This document shows, in pieces, positions 10,601 to 22,600 of a DNA stretch of 64,000 nt. How positions within the stretch are numbered: the stretch's first letter is position 1; every line of letters starts with the position of its first letter. This stretch comes from Oopsacas minuta (Eukaryota > Animalia > Porifera), in contig JAKMXF010000066.1 of NCBI GenBank assembly GCA_024704765.1, positions 1,237,883 through 1,301,882 on the forward strand, written 5' to 3'. Position numbers and translations under genes: made by a program. Below the pieces are notes generated by a model that worked only from the letters and a program-made list of their open reading frames with translations, searched no databases and was not told the DNA's origin.

Positions 10601-13123
10601 AGCAGCGAAATGCATTAGAGTGGATTGATTTGATAACTTAGCGTCCATTGTCAAAGTTCTAAGGTAATGGAAGGCTTGTAGTGGTTCATTTGTTTGGGAT
10701 CGAAATATTTGCTCCAATAAATTTTCATGCATATCCCAGCCACCTTGATCGATGCATATTTCATGCATTTCACCTGTATTACTTATTTTTGTCTCAGAAA
10801 GTTGTTTGAAACGGAGAGGTAATCGACAAACAACGAAAACTTGGTCACTACCGCCAGATGGTACAAATGAATAACCTATGTAAAATTCCGCCTTCGAATG
10901 GTGACTTGTGTGATAGAAAGATAGAGGAAGCTTTTCATTGAAGTTGAGAGTAATTTCATCTTTAGATAATTCGTAAGCAATTGATGTGTCGTACTTTTTC
11001 ACTAATTCTTTGACTGCCGAAAAATGTCCATTTTTAATGGCGAACTGTAATGGTGTGAGTCTTTCCATGTTCATAGCTCGATAAAGATATTCTTCAATTT
11101 GGCATTCAGAGCGATTTTTGACTGATTTGAGAATTTTTCGGATACTCACTTCATCTGATGGATTAAGCGTAGCAGCATGTAAGATACTGTTTCCGTCGAT
11201 ATCTTTCAAGTGAAGACAAGGATTGGTCTTCAACAAAGCCTTTAGCGCCTTAATGTTTTTGTATTCTATACTGAGATGTAAAGCTGTCTTCATTTCACAG
11301 TCTTGATAACATATTACACGATCTCTTATCCATGAAGTATCATAATTTGTTTCTCCATATTTGATAGCTTCTATAAGTTGGCCAACAACTGTCTGTTGAT
11401 CTTCAATCACTGCGATTTGTAAGGGTGTATGACCCCTTAGATCTTTAGATCTCAAGATTGTGAAATCGTAATTTAATTGATCGTGTTGTAATATGTAACT
11501 AACCATTGGATCACTTGTTGGATCATTTCTTGGAATACTCACAGCATAATGCAGCATTGTTTGATCCTTTAGGTCCTTCGCAAGAAATTTACAGCCTTGA
11601 TTGATAAGATATTTTGTTATTTCAACATTCCCTAGAAAAACAGCGAGGTGGAGTGGTGTAGAACCTGTAGTGTTTGCAATTTCCATAATCTCTGATCGTT
11701 TTAATTCTTGAATTTTGAAAATTACCTTTTCCACAATTTGGAGATTTTCTGAAAATACTGCATAGTGCAGTGCTGTGTAACCATCGTTATCTTTTACCTC
11801 AAGACTTGGTCCATACTCCAACAGTTTTTCCATATTTTCCATATTCATATTTTCAATAACCAAATGCAATGGCGTCTTTGAATCCGAATTTTTTACATCT
11901 ATCAATTGAATGTTATTAATATCTGTAGATCGAAGATTTTCATTTTTTAGAGATTTCACTTTATCAAGTAGAATTGAGATGAATGTGGAATTATTGCTCT
12001 TATCTACGATTAAATGTAGTATTGTTTGCTTATTTCGGTCTGTGATTAGTAGTGAAGGATCGTATTCTAGTAGGTAGACGAATAGATCTTCTTGTTGGTT
12101 CATCACTACTTGGTGAAGTGCAGTATTGTGGTGGTTGTTTTGCCAATCAATGAGAGGAATTAAAGACTTTGATCTATTACAGGGTATATGTGTTAGTTTT
12201 TCATCTTTGATTTGTTTCAGCTTTTCTAAAATTACTTCCAAAAATCTCTTTCCCAATTTTTTGAAAATAATCAGTTGTATTAGCGTGTTATTTTCCTCGC
12301 CATATTGATAATTGAATCGAACATTTCCACAGCTTAATTTGTGGTCTAGCAATAGTTGAAATTGTTGAGTATCTGAAAGAAACAAACTTGATTTTAGAGA
12401 GTCATAAAGACACTTAGAAATCAGTTCATCTTGTGGTATTTCGGTTGCGTCGGAAACGCTAGGAAGCATTTGCTGTTCTACTTCAGGTAGTTTGTCTAGC
12501 AGAGCTTTTAGTACTTTTATCTTTTTGTTTTGTAGGGCAGATTCAATCATTGATGGCATTTTGTCTTTTTGCAAGAATACTTTTGTATCAGGGTAGAGTT
12601 TGAGGTAATGAACTGCAAGCTTGACACTTGCACTTTTTGCAATTAATTGATTTAATGTTGGATCTTTTTCTGGTTCAAAAAACTTAATATCAATAACCTT
12701 TTCTAAGATAACAGGGCATTTGCATTGGATTATAAATTTAGGTGCAAAGTTATTCCTAGCCTTTTCGAAGTTTGTTTTAGCCAAAATTTGGATCTTATCT
12801 GAGTCAGGGATTATTTTAGGCTCTTTAAGGGCAGGAAGTTTTGTGACTATCCAACCAGTGGTAGTAGATTTAAATCCTGCATAATAGTCTATTTGTGTAG
12901 ATGAAGTTTCTACCATTAGGATCTCGAGTTTGAGCTGGGATTCGTCGGTTTTGTGAGGTAGTACGTATGAACCGTGCTCATCTTTGTAGACTATATTAAC
13001 TTTCTCCTCATTTACAAGATACTCAATTGCTTTTTTGTTATTGTTAATGATTGAATATTGTAGTGGTGGAAGATTTTGATTATTGAGAGAAGTAAGATGT
13101 GCAGGAGCCCTGTAAAGTGCCAT
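4673..13123 (-). CDS. TRPA-like cation channel with a ~2,250-aa ankyrin-repeat N-terminus (2816 aa, single exon)
   Basis: Dozens of TPLH/TALH ankyrin repeats; pre-S1 YHPVL (TRPA-type HP motif); six hydrophobic segments at about 6200-5150; S6 VLLNVFIAQLSQTY; TRP-like helix; C-terminal coiled coil. Confidence 0.9.
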   Translation of the reverse strand: MALYRAPAHLTSLNNQNLPPLQYSIINNNKKAIEYLVNEEKVNIVYKDEHGSYVLPHKTDESQLKLEILMVETSSTQIDYYAGFKSTTTGWIVTKLPALKEPKIIPDSDKIQILAKTNFEKARNNFAPKFIIQCKCPVILEKVIDIKFFEPEKDPTLNQLIAKSASVKLAVHYLKLYPDTKVFLQKDKMPSMIESALQNKKIKVLKALLDKLPEVEQQMLPSVSDATEIPQDELISKCLYDSLKSSLFLSDTQQFQLLLDHKLSCGNVRFNYQYGEENNTLIQLIIFKKLGKRFLEVILEKLKQIKDEKLTHIPCNRSKSLIPLIDWQNNHHNTALHQVVMNQQEDLFVYLLEYDPSLLITDRNKQTILHLIVDKSNNSTFISILLDKVKSLKNENLRSTDINNIQLIDVKNSDSKTPLHLVIENMNMENMEKLLEYGPSLEVKDNDGYTALHYAVFSENLQIVEKVIFKIQELKRSEIMEIANTTGSTPLHLAVFLGNVEITKYLINQGCKFLAKDLKDQTMLHYAVSIPRNDPTSDPMVSYILQHDQLNYDFTILRSKDLRGHTPLQIAVIEDQQTVVGQLIEAIKYGETNYDTSWIRDRVICYQDCEMKTALHLSIEYKNIKALKALLKTNPCLHLKDIDGNSILHAATLNPSDEVSIRKILKSVKNRSECQIEEYLYRAMNMERLTPLQFAIKNGHFSAVKELVKKYDTSIAYELSKDEITLNFNEKLPLSFYHTSHHSKAEFYIGYSFVPSGGSDQVFVVCRLPLRFKQLSETKISNTGEMHEICIDQGGWDMHENLLEQIFRSQTNEPLQAFHYLRTLTMDAKLSNQSTLMHFAAQYGTCQVIDYIINQLEFDYTTTDQDGNGIFHRAIHNDIENVQFLLDVLENVGGLSEIINIENKYGLRPLDIALEKDKIDVFLKYTFMEYQAVLNYYDPTRNTLIHKIILKNSSTDSYLNTLLDKIKQREEEKPGSTFINGVPLIDCTGTGSSREIHSLASQERYTALHISIIAGNITALTILFRYKANLSLPTLLYGFSIVHLSIIYRPNEPFYLTDVLAMCIEKNPMLFNLKDTRGYSWPILESTRHGSGPLALAQVIEDTDYQLYSNASWIWQISFGSLDLHTCGYNPLHLAISYGSDKCVRHLLEDLNKPDQESRSASYGQLYVRDPEGYTALHYATFLDCKEAYTIIDLLFAAEELRKISDKSILDQRSNNGQTPLHTAISKDRYFKITKSNQNIALSILQKILCYTREFNPDSITYLDSHNRSILHHAVITKNEDIFSEVLKQLKTEDGQLNRFGLLLLSLQDFDGKTALHLTVEYDFYFAFEKLIKYALQLRDTDKQWPALKLRDADKQWTVLHSIIGNNRDKKFLDLCKDVKDSHLLDIMDNNGFTPLHLAIKRESLNFTQTLIDLGAKVSIEIGEIGCDTYTVGASVENGNLLLGKREKKDHIQINEYIVAYKFGDKYLVSTLPQLKDTEVLPEKDVEYLGMKNVKFSDEECKSIMTHCFASKCPELVQKLIDDGEINFSAKMGIMHLAAQYASMPVMKFLCEEKQPDFEYETVDTYGNTLIHCAAKNTVENLTTLEYLLKETENFEKRGEGRQKILKTRNYVNQSALQISINSGKYQFFIALIKRGADVEETNQDGNGILHVLLQNPTNKENAAFQSIKEMIEKMNNDEDIAGKLIGLLNLENSGGHTALQIAIIGSNEQVVKILIDNKASLSVMQKSSGNTIVHLATIHKKPEANMELFEKVITAVKNQDKEKKYDVILDKKNADALTPLHISVRDRQKVFMTKLLLDAGVPLEKSDRDGNTALHIATKNVDFETVKIIMSHVIKKGKEHHLADRELEYMKPLVYKNKKKEMPVCIPKDEAIINCMLQPWKHSYDEVSFGDGRKGLLIHLAVFENNQGLVKGIINAIEEIGKHEDKEFGNIVGRILSTRDTEDQTPLHIAAESGNEAIGGLLIAAGADIQLNSSRGTPFEVAMQRDHTKFAISLVEHEKGANINKYLNLLAYDTISNKYIEEKLMANSEQENERVNLKRRISSADCTIIHYAAKQSSVSRIELLLRYGIALAASDRDGKRVLHYAIQYRDNSDLMAYEVMKFFLDEATKKDEFIKPPYNKMTYVEALMHCDLDGITPVMLAARLDRIQFFKLLTTTNYEYLLDTFDTCDPNKNNVIHYLAKYKSFETAEYIIPYIHKAKIDLFTHIMNGRNVDGHSPIDLARKRGQQEMVDLFVDLCDREYFEACPDVVHRMVNNGDYHNFSKVLAKTVIKDSRNVQIDTKLMDSNEEGDYPNFRFFNFHLAPLWHKLYRSNVMKYKYHPVLKFLIEEKLIIYRWWFMSLFFLYFIFLYIPLCLALYFASSKCDSELFLYDTHRDRFRFCLESYILIVTWFFITNELLEIEAKWRYLQNLFFTSCELDYIRKRQVQYYGDRESNKFTRSIQKVVRRVFYEFPVKLDKVMYNFDRKCDFFPRAVYRHFRETYNIIDICSVFFLLLLFCLRLLLAISPIWSALHWMCSALTFTFFTFKFYKYTKMFPSLGVYIETLSNVLSADVPRFSLVIIILLISYIGSIQLVARTYCTDGVQCSFSSWFRDDSLPFSPLTTPFLSGLLFIIDGGPGNYEGSFREVPFLFSAFYLVFAFCIIVVLLNVFIAQLSQTYTTIYTNKELLDFKAELALDYETQSSILFKVISPLRRPLKRIIVERIIISLETWKSYYARYNQRINNSVGSGNDGATKDQRNSNKESKDKLTDNIRSEPDENTQHELQSEELEKVEKRLDEIYSKLDQKITKNQEIIMDKLIQLDQIPKMQQDILKKQT

Positions 13124-13130
13124 GAAATCG

Positions 13131-13161
13131 CTAATTCAAACCAATATAATTAAAGTTAGTA
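13131..13161 (-). other. Splice acceptor (AG at 13132-13131) with a TACTAAC branch point (13161-13155), 7 nt upstream of the channel ORF ATG
   Basis: Minus strand reads CCCTACTAACTTTAATTATATTGGTTTGAATTAG|CGATTTC-ATG; branch A is 25 nt from the first downstream AG. Confidence 0.6.
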
Positions 13162-13223
13162 GGGAAGTTTACAAGATATAGCTTCTAGTGATCGAATACA
13201 CTCCTGGAGTAATATTCTAATTA

Positions 13224-13357
13224 CAGTCAACTCCCATTAAATCGAAGCTCAAGGGCAGCGATAATTAGTTCGCAACAGGCGGAGTTCGTTATAACCGCCG
13301 ATGAATGTTTTACATTTTAGACTTGGATTCAAGCTAGTATTTGTTCGGAGTTGACTG
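13224..13357. mobile_element. MITE, pogo/Tigger-like (family A)
   Basis: 11-bp TIR CAGTCAACTCC…GGAGTTGACTG with TA on the left; internal core is shared with copies at 31.5, 39.1 and 51.4 kb. Confidence 0.7.
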
Positions 13358-13650
13358 CATACAGGCCAAATATTCAAACACTAATTGCAAACATAAACAA
13401 GCATATCTATGTGTGAATAGGCAACATAAAGGAAAGAAAGCTGCATGAAGTACGCTGTATCATGTAGCTATTCCTTCTTGCAAAGAGGAGTAAATTACTT
13501 AATAAAATAAGACTAAAATAATCATATTAAAATACAAATAATACAAAAGAATGTAGAAAATAGTCATAAATGTAGGAAAAAAGGTACCAATAAATGTTTT
13601 GCAATTTATCATAACATACCTATCTCATGAAGATCAAGTCTTGCCACAAG

Positions 13651-16600
13651 TCATTGGAAACAATTATATAGTGAATCTGGATATCTCCTCTTCAACTCCT
13701 CAACTAGTTTTATCAGACAGGTGATGTCGTCAGGGTTTTTAACAGCCTCATGGGTCAGTATATTACCTTCTTCATCTGGGATATCTAGACATGAACCTGT
13801 TTTTAGAAGTTCTGTAAATGCATAAACATTCAGATGTTGTATAGCATCGTGCATAGCAGTTCTTTTATGCTTATCTTGAATACAAATTAAGTGTTTTGCA
13901 CTGCAAGGGGTGTTCTCTTCGTGCTTTCCATCTAATTTTTCACAAGCATTCAGTACGCTATCGAGGATCGGTTGATGAATTGTGGATACCTCTGTACATT
14001 TTTGAGCACCTGGGGATGATGGGATTATTGCAAGATGAAGGGGTGTTCGCTCATTATCATCTCGGATATACATTGCTCCTATATCAACACCTAAAAGAAT
14101 GTTTACTACGTCAGAATATTTCCGTTCTATAGCTAGATGTAATGGCGTGTAGCCGTTATGATTTTTCAGACGTGTAATAATTCTGTCAGAACCTGAAGAA
14201 GGTTCAGGCTCATTTTTCAAAATTGTTTCAATAAGGACCATTCGTTTTACTGAATCTAGAAATTCAACTGCTATATGTAGTATTGTTGATTTATCGTCTT
14301 TATGTGGATAGAATGGAGATTTTGATTGAAGAAGAAAATTGGTTACTTCGATATTACCATTTTGTATGGCTAGATGCAGAGCTGTGTCGCCATTCAAGTT
14401 TCTTATTGACAGAAAGGTTTGCTGATTGGGGGCATTTTCATGAAGAATTTGTACATAAAGTAAATCTTCTGTTTTAACAGCATAATGTAGCGAGGTTTCA
14501 CCATTATTGTCTTGGACATAAAGATCTGGTTTGTGTTTCAAGAGAACATTCAAATTATCCCATTGTTTAGCATATATACAAGAATGTAACATAGTTTGTC
14601 CTAAAGAATTTTTCAAATCTAGTACACTAGAATATTTACTCGTCAATTTGATAGATTGAGAGATCCATTCTAAAACGCGATTAATAAATTCACAGGATTT
14701 ATCTTGGACAATCATAAGGTGTATTAATGTATTGTCTCTTTCACCATATGTGTAGTCCAGCTTTGGAAAATGTTTGAGGAGAGAAATTAGTGCATCTGGA
14801 GTTTGATTCAAAATACTCTTTTCAAACGACCTTCGAAAACAAAAACATATCTGAATATTTTCGAAATATTTCTCACTTCCTTCACATTTGGGAATGAGCT
14901 CTTCATGAAATTCGGGGAGGCTCTCGAGTAGGAATTCCAATGCGTCATTGTCAGTGTTTGGAATAGCATATTCAATGATTGAATCCATTTCGTCCAATCT
15001 AGTGAACAGGTTAGACTTCATTTTGGAAAGAAGGCATCGCAGTGATTGTTTAGTGCCGTATTGCGAAACAATTGCCACAGCTCTTCTTCCTTCTAAACTT
15101 GTATCAAATGACAATATACTGTTTCTTAATGCTGCATTTAAAGGCTCAAAAGACTTTGATTTACTGACTGCTTGTAAATAAACTGAATTAAATCTATTAA
15201 TCTTAGCAATATTTGGGCCATTAATTTTCAATATTGTTTTGTCGATGTTTGGCAAAGGAGATATCACCCAACACAATTTCTTTTCAGCAAAGAATTCATA
15301 GCCTACCCAATAGATGTATCCATCTTCTTTGTACTCTACAAAGGAAAGTGAAAGACTATCTAATCCATCAGCTAATGTTATATCACCGCAGAAATTACAA
15401 AACGCGAGGTGAACATGATTCTTCAATAGGGTTTCAATACATTCTATCTTCTTTTGTTTGATTGCAAATTGTAATGGAGGTAATTCTTTCGAATTTCGCA
15501 TATATACGAAATAAGCGTAGTCAGTACTAAAACGATGTGAATATTCAGTTAGTAGTATCTCCAAGCAATCTTGATCACCTAGACTAATTGCTGTGTGCAG
15601 TAAAGTGTTTCCTTCTAAATCAATTGTATCTAGACAGGGCTTTGAGAGTAAAAGTTGTTTAAGTGCATGAATATTGTGTGTATTTATGCTTACATGTAGA
15701 GGTGTTTGGTGTTTATTATCTCTGTAGCAGACTAACCTGTAATCTAACCAACTTGTTTCTTGATTTTCTCTGTCTAAAATTGCCTTTAGGATAATATTAA
15801 ATATTTCAACATGATTTGACTTTACAGCATTATGTAATGGTGAAGATCCTGTATTATCACAAATCCTCAATGTTTCAACAAAGCCAATTAATTTTGCAAC
15901 AGCATCCTGATACCGCAAGACAATGGCATTGATTAGTGGTGTATATCCAAGATCATCTTGATAAGTAGTAAGACTCACTTCCTTACAGTGAAATGTATTT
16001 TCATACTCTAATATGAGATCTATCATCTCTCTACGTTCCTTCTCATCTTTCAGCTCAACAGCATGATGTAATATACAGTATTCGTAAGAAGATCTCGTGT
16101 TATAGGATGCATCAGATTTTAGCAGATATCTTGTTACGTTACAATTGCCATTCACTACTGAAGTATGGAGTGGAGTTTGTGAATTTGAATTAATTAAATC
16201 TAAGAGAATTTTGAGTTTAGATTTCTCAACCGCGTTTAGAATACATTCAACATATTCAGTGTTTTTTTGCTTGGCTGCAGTGTGTAGACTTGTATTACGG
16301 TCATTGTCTTGAAAGAAGATATCAGGATTATATTTCAACAGTGTTTTTACATTGGCAATTGGTCCTCTTGTAATGCTGAGTTGTAATGCTGTCTCTCCTT
16401 TAGCATTCCTTAAGTCAATATAAGGACATTCAAGATTAATGATGTGATTGTTGATGCTGATAAATAGAGTATGAATAAATTCAGGAGAAACACATTTCAT
16501 AATCATTAGATGGAGTAATGTATTATCCTCACTATATAACAGTTCGAAAGGCAGCTGGTAGTCAAGTAGTACGAATAATGCGTCTGTATTTTTGTTGGCT

Positions 16601-19600
16601 AAACTCAGGTAAAATGAGCTTTGAATACACTGTAACTCAATTTTTGATAATAATTCTGTTTTGGGATTAGGATAATATTTTGAAATAGAATATATTACAA
16701 ATTTTAAACTTTCCAAATTCGGATTTGAAACAGCTGATTCTAACATTGAGAGATGATTGTCCTTTCCTTGAATAAGAGTTGAATAGTCCTTTTTGAGGAT
16801 TAATTCGATTGATTTTGGTGCAGCATGTTTAGCAACAATTTCAGAAATATCTGAATTATCGAAAAGCTTTTTATCCAAAGTAAGCTTATGTTTGTGAAAC
16901 ATAGCATCAAGTGGTTCAGAACATGGACATGATGCTATTGTGGAAAGAGATTCTTTATCCAACTTTTCAAGTTTTGTTACTTTAATTGCCTTAAGTTCGT
17001 GAATAATAGTTTTCTCTAGATTGGGTAACTCAGATAAAACCATAAAAGTTGATTTCTCATCTTTGACCTCAAATCCTGTCCAGAATTTAAAATTATCGTA
17101 CTTATACTTGAAAACATCAAGTGATAGAGTTCCTTTCAGGTGACAGAGTGTAAAACCTTCCTGTTCACTTTTCAATGCCAATTTAACTTTAGCATTGATT
17201 AGAGATTGTATAGCTGTTATGTTACACTGTGTAATCGCATAATGTAATGGAGGTAGACCATCTTTATTCTCTTGAGTGTACATTACATAATGTTCGGAGC
17301 TATTTTGAAGTTTAAGAATAAGTGTGTTCAGGTAAGTAGGGTTAGAACGTGTTCTCACGGAATAATGTAAGATATTATTACCAGATTTATCTAGAATATC
17401 TAGTAGACATTGCTCAGCTAACAATCTTTCAAAAGCCTTACTGTGATCGTGTTCGATACTAAGATGTAATGCTGTTTTTCCATTAACATCTTGTAAATTG
17501 ATAATATGATTTTTGTGCGACACTTCAACGCCATTTGATTGTTGAAATTGCATTGTGGCATTGATAATAACCTCGAATACATTTTCGTGGATAACCGCTA
17601 GATGAAGAGGAGTTTGTGTGTTGCAGTCTGTTGTAGAAAGAACAGAAGGGAAGTCTAACAATCGAGTGACCACATCTAAATCCGATTTGGTTACAGCAAG
17701 GTGTAGGGGAGTTTGGCAAAGCTCATTGCGAATGGAATAGAGGTTACATTTTTTTGGGTGGTTTTTGGCTTCAAAATCTAAAATTATATCAATGATCCCT
17801 CTATTCTTAGAATCAACAGCATGGTGAAGTACAGTGTTTTGATCACAATCTTGAGAATAAATGTCAGGCTTTGATTTTAAGAGTAGTTTAGTGACATTCT
17901 GTCCTTTCCTAACGGCTAAATGAAGAGGAGTACGCATTTTCTCGTTTTTCGCGTTAATTATTTCTAAATTACTTTTACTATAGGTAATTATTTCTTCTAT
18001 AATCTCAAAATCATCCGTTTCGATGGCTAAATGCAATGGTGTGTTTCCTTCAGGACCATGAATTAGCAGTGAAGGTTGGAAAGTCAACAGTATTGAAAGT
18101 AACTCTTTGTTTTTCAACTTCACAGCTAGGTGTAAAGCTGTCATGCAATGAATATTTTGTACATCAATAAATCGAGGATTTTCTCCTACTTGACACATTT
18201 TCCAAGGTGTCAGTAGAGAATCAATAAAAGAAGTGTCTTTAGCTTTGGAAATTATCAAATGCAGGAGTGTGTTTCCATCGCGATAAGTTTGTCTAAAGTT
18301 TGCGCCGAAATTGAGTAGCTGTATAAAAGCATTCGCTGTACTATTTTTCAGACTTTGTTCGAGTGCCCCTTTCAAACATATCTCAATATTCGGAGTCCAT
18401 TCTGGAATTTTGGGGAGTTTTTGTAAGAGAAAATGTAGGACAGAAATATCTTGATTTTCTACTGAGAATTCTATCAATGAACTTTGGTTTTCGATTCTTT
18501 CATAAACTTCATATCTTAGACGTTCTACAAAATATTCAGCAACTTCCTTAGATGAATTCTTCAAGACATTTTGAATATGTTTAGTATTTTTTGGATTTTT
18601 ATCAATTAATCCTAATTCCTCGGCCGCCTTGAATGGATCTGAAGAATGGCACTTGAAGATGGCATTAATCAAGTCTTGGTTACTAATTCGTTCTACATTT
18701 TCTATCTTTTGTTCTCCAATGTATTCAGTGAACTCGAGGTCGGGCAAACGAGCAACGATCCAATTAGTTTTGCGAACAATTTCAATAGGATAGCCAATCC
18801 AAAATACAGGAATCTCATTAGAAGTTACTTTCTTCGAATGGAAAAGACGTAACTTGAGTTTACTGTTTCTACAAGAGAGTATACTTTGATTTTGTTCATC
18901 ACGAAACAATAATCCAGCAGATGCTTCAACCAGTTTTATAGCAGCTTGATTATTCTGCAATTCTATCGCAAGTTGAAGAGGCGGATAGCCTTCTTGGTTT
19001 AATGCATAAAAGTAGGATTTGTCTTCTTCATGACATTCTTGAAGTTTTGAAATAATAATATTCAACTCTTCACAATTACTACCAGATATCCTGACAGCAG
19101 TGTGTAGTAATGTATCTTTGAAATTATCAACAATATCCAGGCACGCTTTGTATTCTAGCAACTTCTCTATAGCATAAGTAAATTGAGTTTCAATACTCAA
19201 ATGGAGAGGTGTTTTCCCGTTTATATCTTGATAACATAACAAGTGTTTGTCGAAATTTATGGGTTGAGTTAAACTTTTCAATTGATTGGTGATACTATTT
19301 AGGATGAAATCGAAAATTTGGATATTATGTGACAAGACTGCAAGATGTAGAGCAATTTCCGATTTGTTATTACAAATTGCTAATACTGTAGGATCTGCAG
19401 GAACGAGAGTTTTCACAGAACCGAATTGTTTTCTTTGGACAGCAATATGTGTGGGCGTGCACCCAGAGTTATCTTGCTGTGTAGTTATATGATGATTTTC
19501 CAATTTAAATACTTCCTTCTCATGATTCAGGATCATAATAATCATACTTTCTCTTTTTGCAAGTGTAATAATATCTACAAGTACTCTATGTAGTATTGTT

Positions 19601-22600
19601 GAACCATCCATATCTCTAGCATAGAAATTAGCTTTATTCTGGAGTAGAATCTCAATTATTTTTGAATTTGTATTTTCAAACGCTACAAAAAGTGGAGTCA
19701 ACCCAAACTTGTTTTTAGCCTCAATACACATGGATGGATTTTCAGTACTATTTATAGCTGTTATTAGGATGTTGAGAATCGATTCAGTTCTGCTTTCCAT
19801 TGGGTAATTCACAGCTAGATGGAGAGCTGTGTCTTGATTAAGATCACAGGATTTGAGATTTACATCATATTTTAGCAATAGCTCCAATATATCTTCTCTA
19901 TTTTTCAAAACTGAATCGTGTAATGCAGTTTGCTGATTTGCATTAGGATAATCTATCAATTTATATTTCATATTTTTATATGAAAGAGTCATTCCTTGTG
20001 CAACATTCAAAATCGATTCTGCATACTCGACACCCTTGTCTTCACAAATAATATAATGCAGTAGAGTCCCACTTTGTGATCCATAATGAAATGATAGAGT
20101 AATTGATGGATGATATTTCAAGAGTTCAATTAGAGCGTTGGTATTCCTTTCATCCAAACTTTTAATAAAAGACTTTTTTAGACAAGAGAAAATATCATCT
20201 TTGTTCAAACCTGTTTCTGTACTTAAGTCATTGGGTAATGCTTGGATTGCTACGATTAGAGTTTCAATATTGCTGTTCGCAACAGCTGATTCTATAATTG
20301 AAGGACACTCGACATTTTTGTAATAAACAAATCTCCCCTTAAATTGAGTGAGGAAATATCTCATCACCTGAGGTGTAGCATTCTCACCTACAACTGATGG
20401 TAAAGCTTTCGCTTGAACATTTTGATTCGCAATCAGGAATTTTTTCCTAAAAGCTGCTGCTAGTGGTTCGTATGAACGACATTTTAATATAGCAGTTAGT
20501 ATACCTATATCTTCAAATTGGATCTTTTTATCGAGTTTTGTCAATTTATGTTGAGGATCTGTCAGAATGGTCCTATTGAGTTCTGGTAAGTCAGTCACAA
20601 CCCAACATTGATTGGGGCCATTTAGTACTGGATAACCGATGTAATAAGTAGAGTTTGTGTCAAACAAAAATTCAAGTTCTAATCCTTCTAAGTTTTCACA
20701 TAATGTGATATCTCCAGAACTATTTTCGAAAGATAAGCTTGCGTTTTTCTCAAGTAACAATTCGATTGCAGGGAGAATTCCATGTAATATTGCAAGATGC
20801 AAGGGAGGTAAACCCTGTGAATTTATAGTACTAACGAGTCGCCCTAAAGTTTCATCATCTGTATTGATGTGTCGGATTATAGTTCTAAGAGCTTGATCAT
20901 CAGCCTTCTTTACTGCTTTGTGAAAGATTGAATTTCCGCCTTCATCACAAATTAAAAGGCAAGGATTTACTGAGAGGATCTTTTCTAAGGCAAAAATGTT
21001 ATTAAATGCAATAGATAGATGTAATGCAGTTCTACCTTGGATATCTTGTTGGCAAATTACTGCATGCTGATGTGTGCCATAGGCTCGAGGTTTAAGGTTG
21101 AGAATTTCGAAAACTTTAACAAAAATGCTCTCATTAGGAATGGAAAGTTTAGGGCTACCAATTTCTGGAGCTATTGCTACATGTAACAGTGTATGCATGT
21201 TTTTATCGTATAATTCAACCACAGAGGAGTCTGCTTTTATAAGAAGAGCAACTTCTGATTCGTATTGATGTTCTACCGCATTATGTAGAGCAGTACATCC
21301 ATCTCTATCTTGTTTTCTTAACAAGTTCTTCGATCGATCATCTTTCTTGTTAGGAAATTCTTCTAAAAGGAAGGTTAGTGTTTCCAGTCGATTCTCTTTA
21401 TTTTCAACAAGCATTGCATGATGAAACATTGTTCGCTCATCTTTATCAATTGAGAATAGAGATGCTCCTTTCTCTAATAAGTTTTTACAAATATCTTTGC
21501 TACCTACACTTGTAGCCAAATGAAGTGGTGTACAACCGTGGATATTCTCGGACTCGAAATAATATGGATATTCATCTGTCGATATTTTCTGGAATATTTC
21601 CTGAGCTATCAACAAATCTCCTGTACTTGCAGCTAGATGGACAATTGTATTATCATTCAAGTCTTTCAACATTATTTTTTGGCAATGTTTGAGAATTATT
21701 CGTAACAAATCGTGTCTTTTCTTTTGTATACAGAGATGAAGTGCAGTTTTACCTTTGTTATTTTGGTGGTCAATCATTGATTTGCCATCTATAAATGTGC
21801 TTTGACGGAATTCACCTTCTTCTCTTGTCAAAATTTCCTCAAGGATACAGGTGAAGAATTCAATATTTTTGTCTTTCTCAGCTATAATATGTAAGATAGT
21901 TCGATCCTTTTCATCTCCATATAAATAGTTAAGTTTTGCCCTTCGAGCTAACAAAGTCTTTAGATTTGTTGTTGAGTCATTAGAAATGCTGAGTTCTACG
22001 ACGGTCTTGAGTATTGAATGAATTTCTTGTTCATCAAGTTTATCAAGTAGTGGAAACTTATTCAAGGTGTTCTCGATTATTTTCGTGTTGTCATTAATTA
22101 TTACGGCTTTTTCGAGCGTTTTGAGACTCTTAGAGCATTTCATCTTATCTGGATAATTTTGAAAGAGATAGTTTGTCACAAGCATGCTCGAATTATCAGC
22201 AACCTTCCAATATAGATCCCAGGTTTTGTCCTTCGAAAAGTCAAGGAATTTGCTCGCTATCAAAGCCTCCAAAGGTTCAGTACAACTACATTTGATTATG
22301 AACTGTATTGCATGCTCTGGCAATTCCGTCACTAATTTAAGCTTAGCTGAATCCTGGAATACTTTTGTACTCAATTCAGGTAACAGAGAAGCAATAACAA
22401 TACTATTTTTAGTATCTCTAGTATAACAGATATAGTACTGATATTCCTTAAAATAGCCAGGTCGTATACACATAAATCTCAATTTGAGACCATCTATACC
22501 GTGGCATAATGTTATGGTCCCATTTGGTGATGTAAGAGATAGCTGAGCCCCTTCATTACAAAGAATTTCTGCTGATTCATAATTATTGCATGCTATGGCA

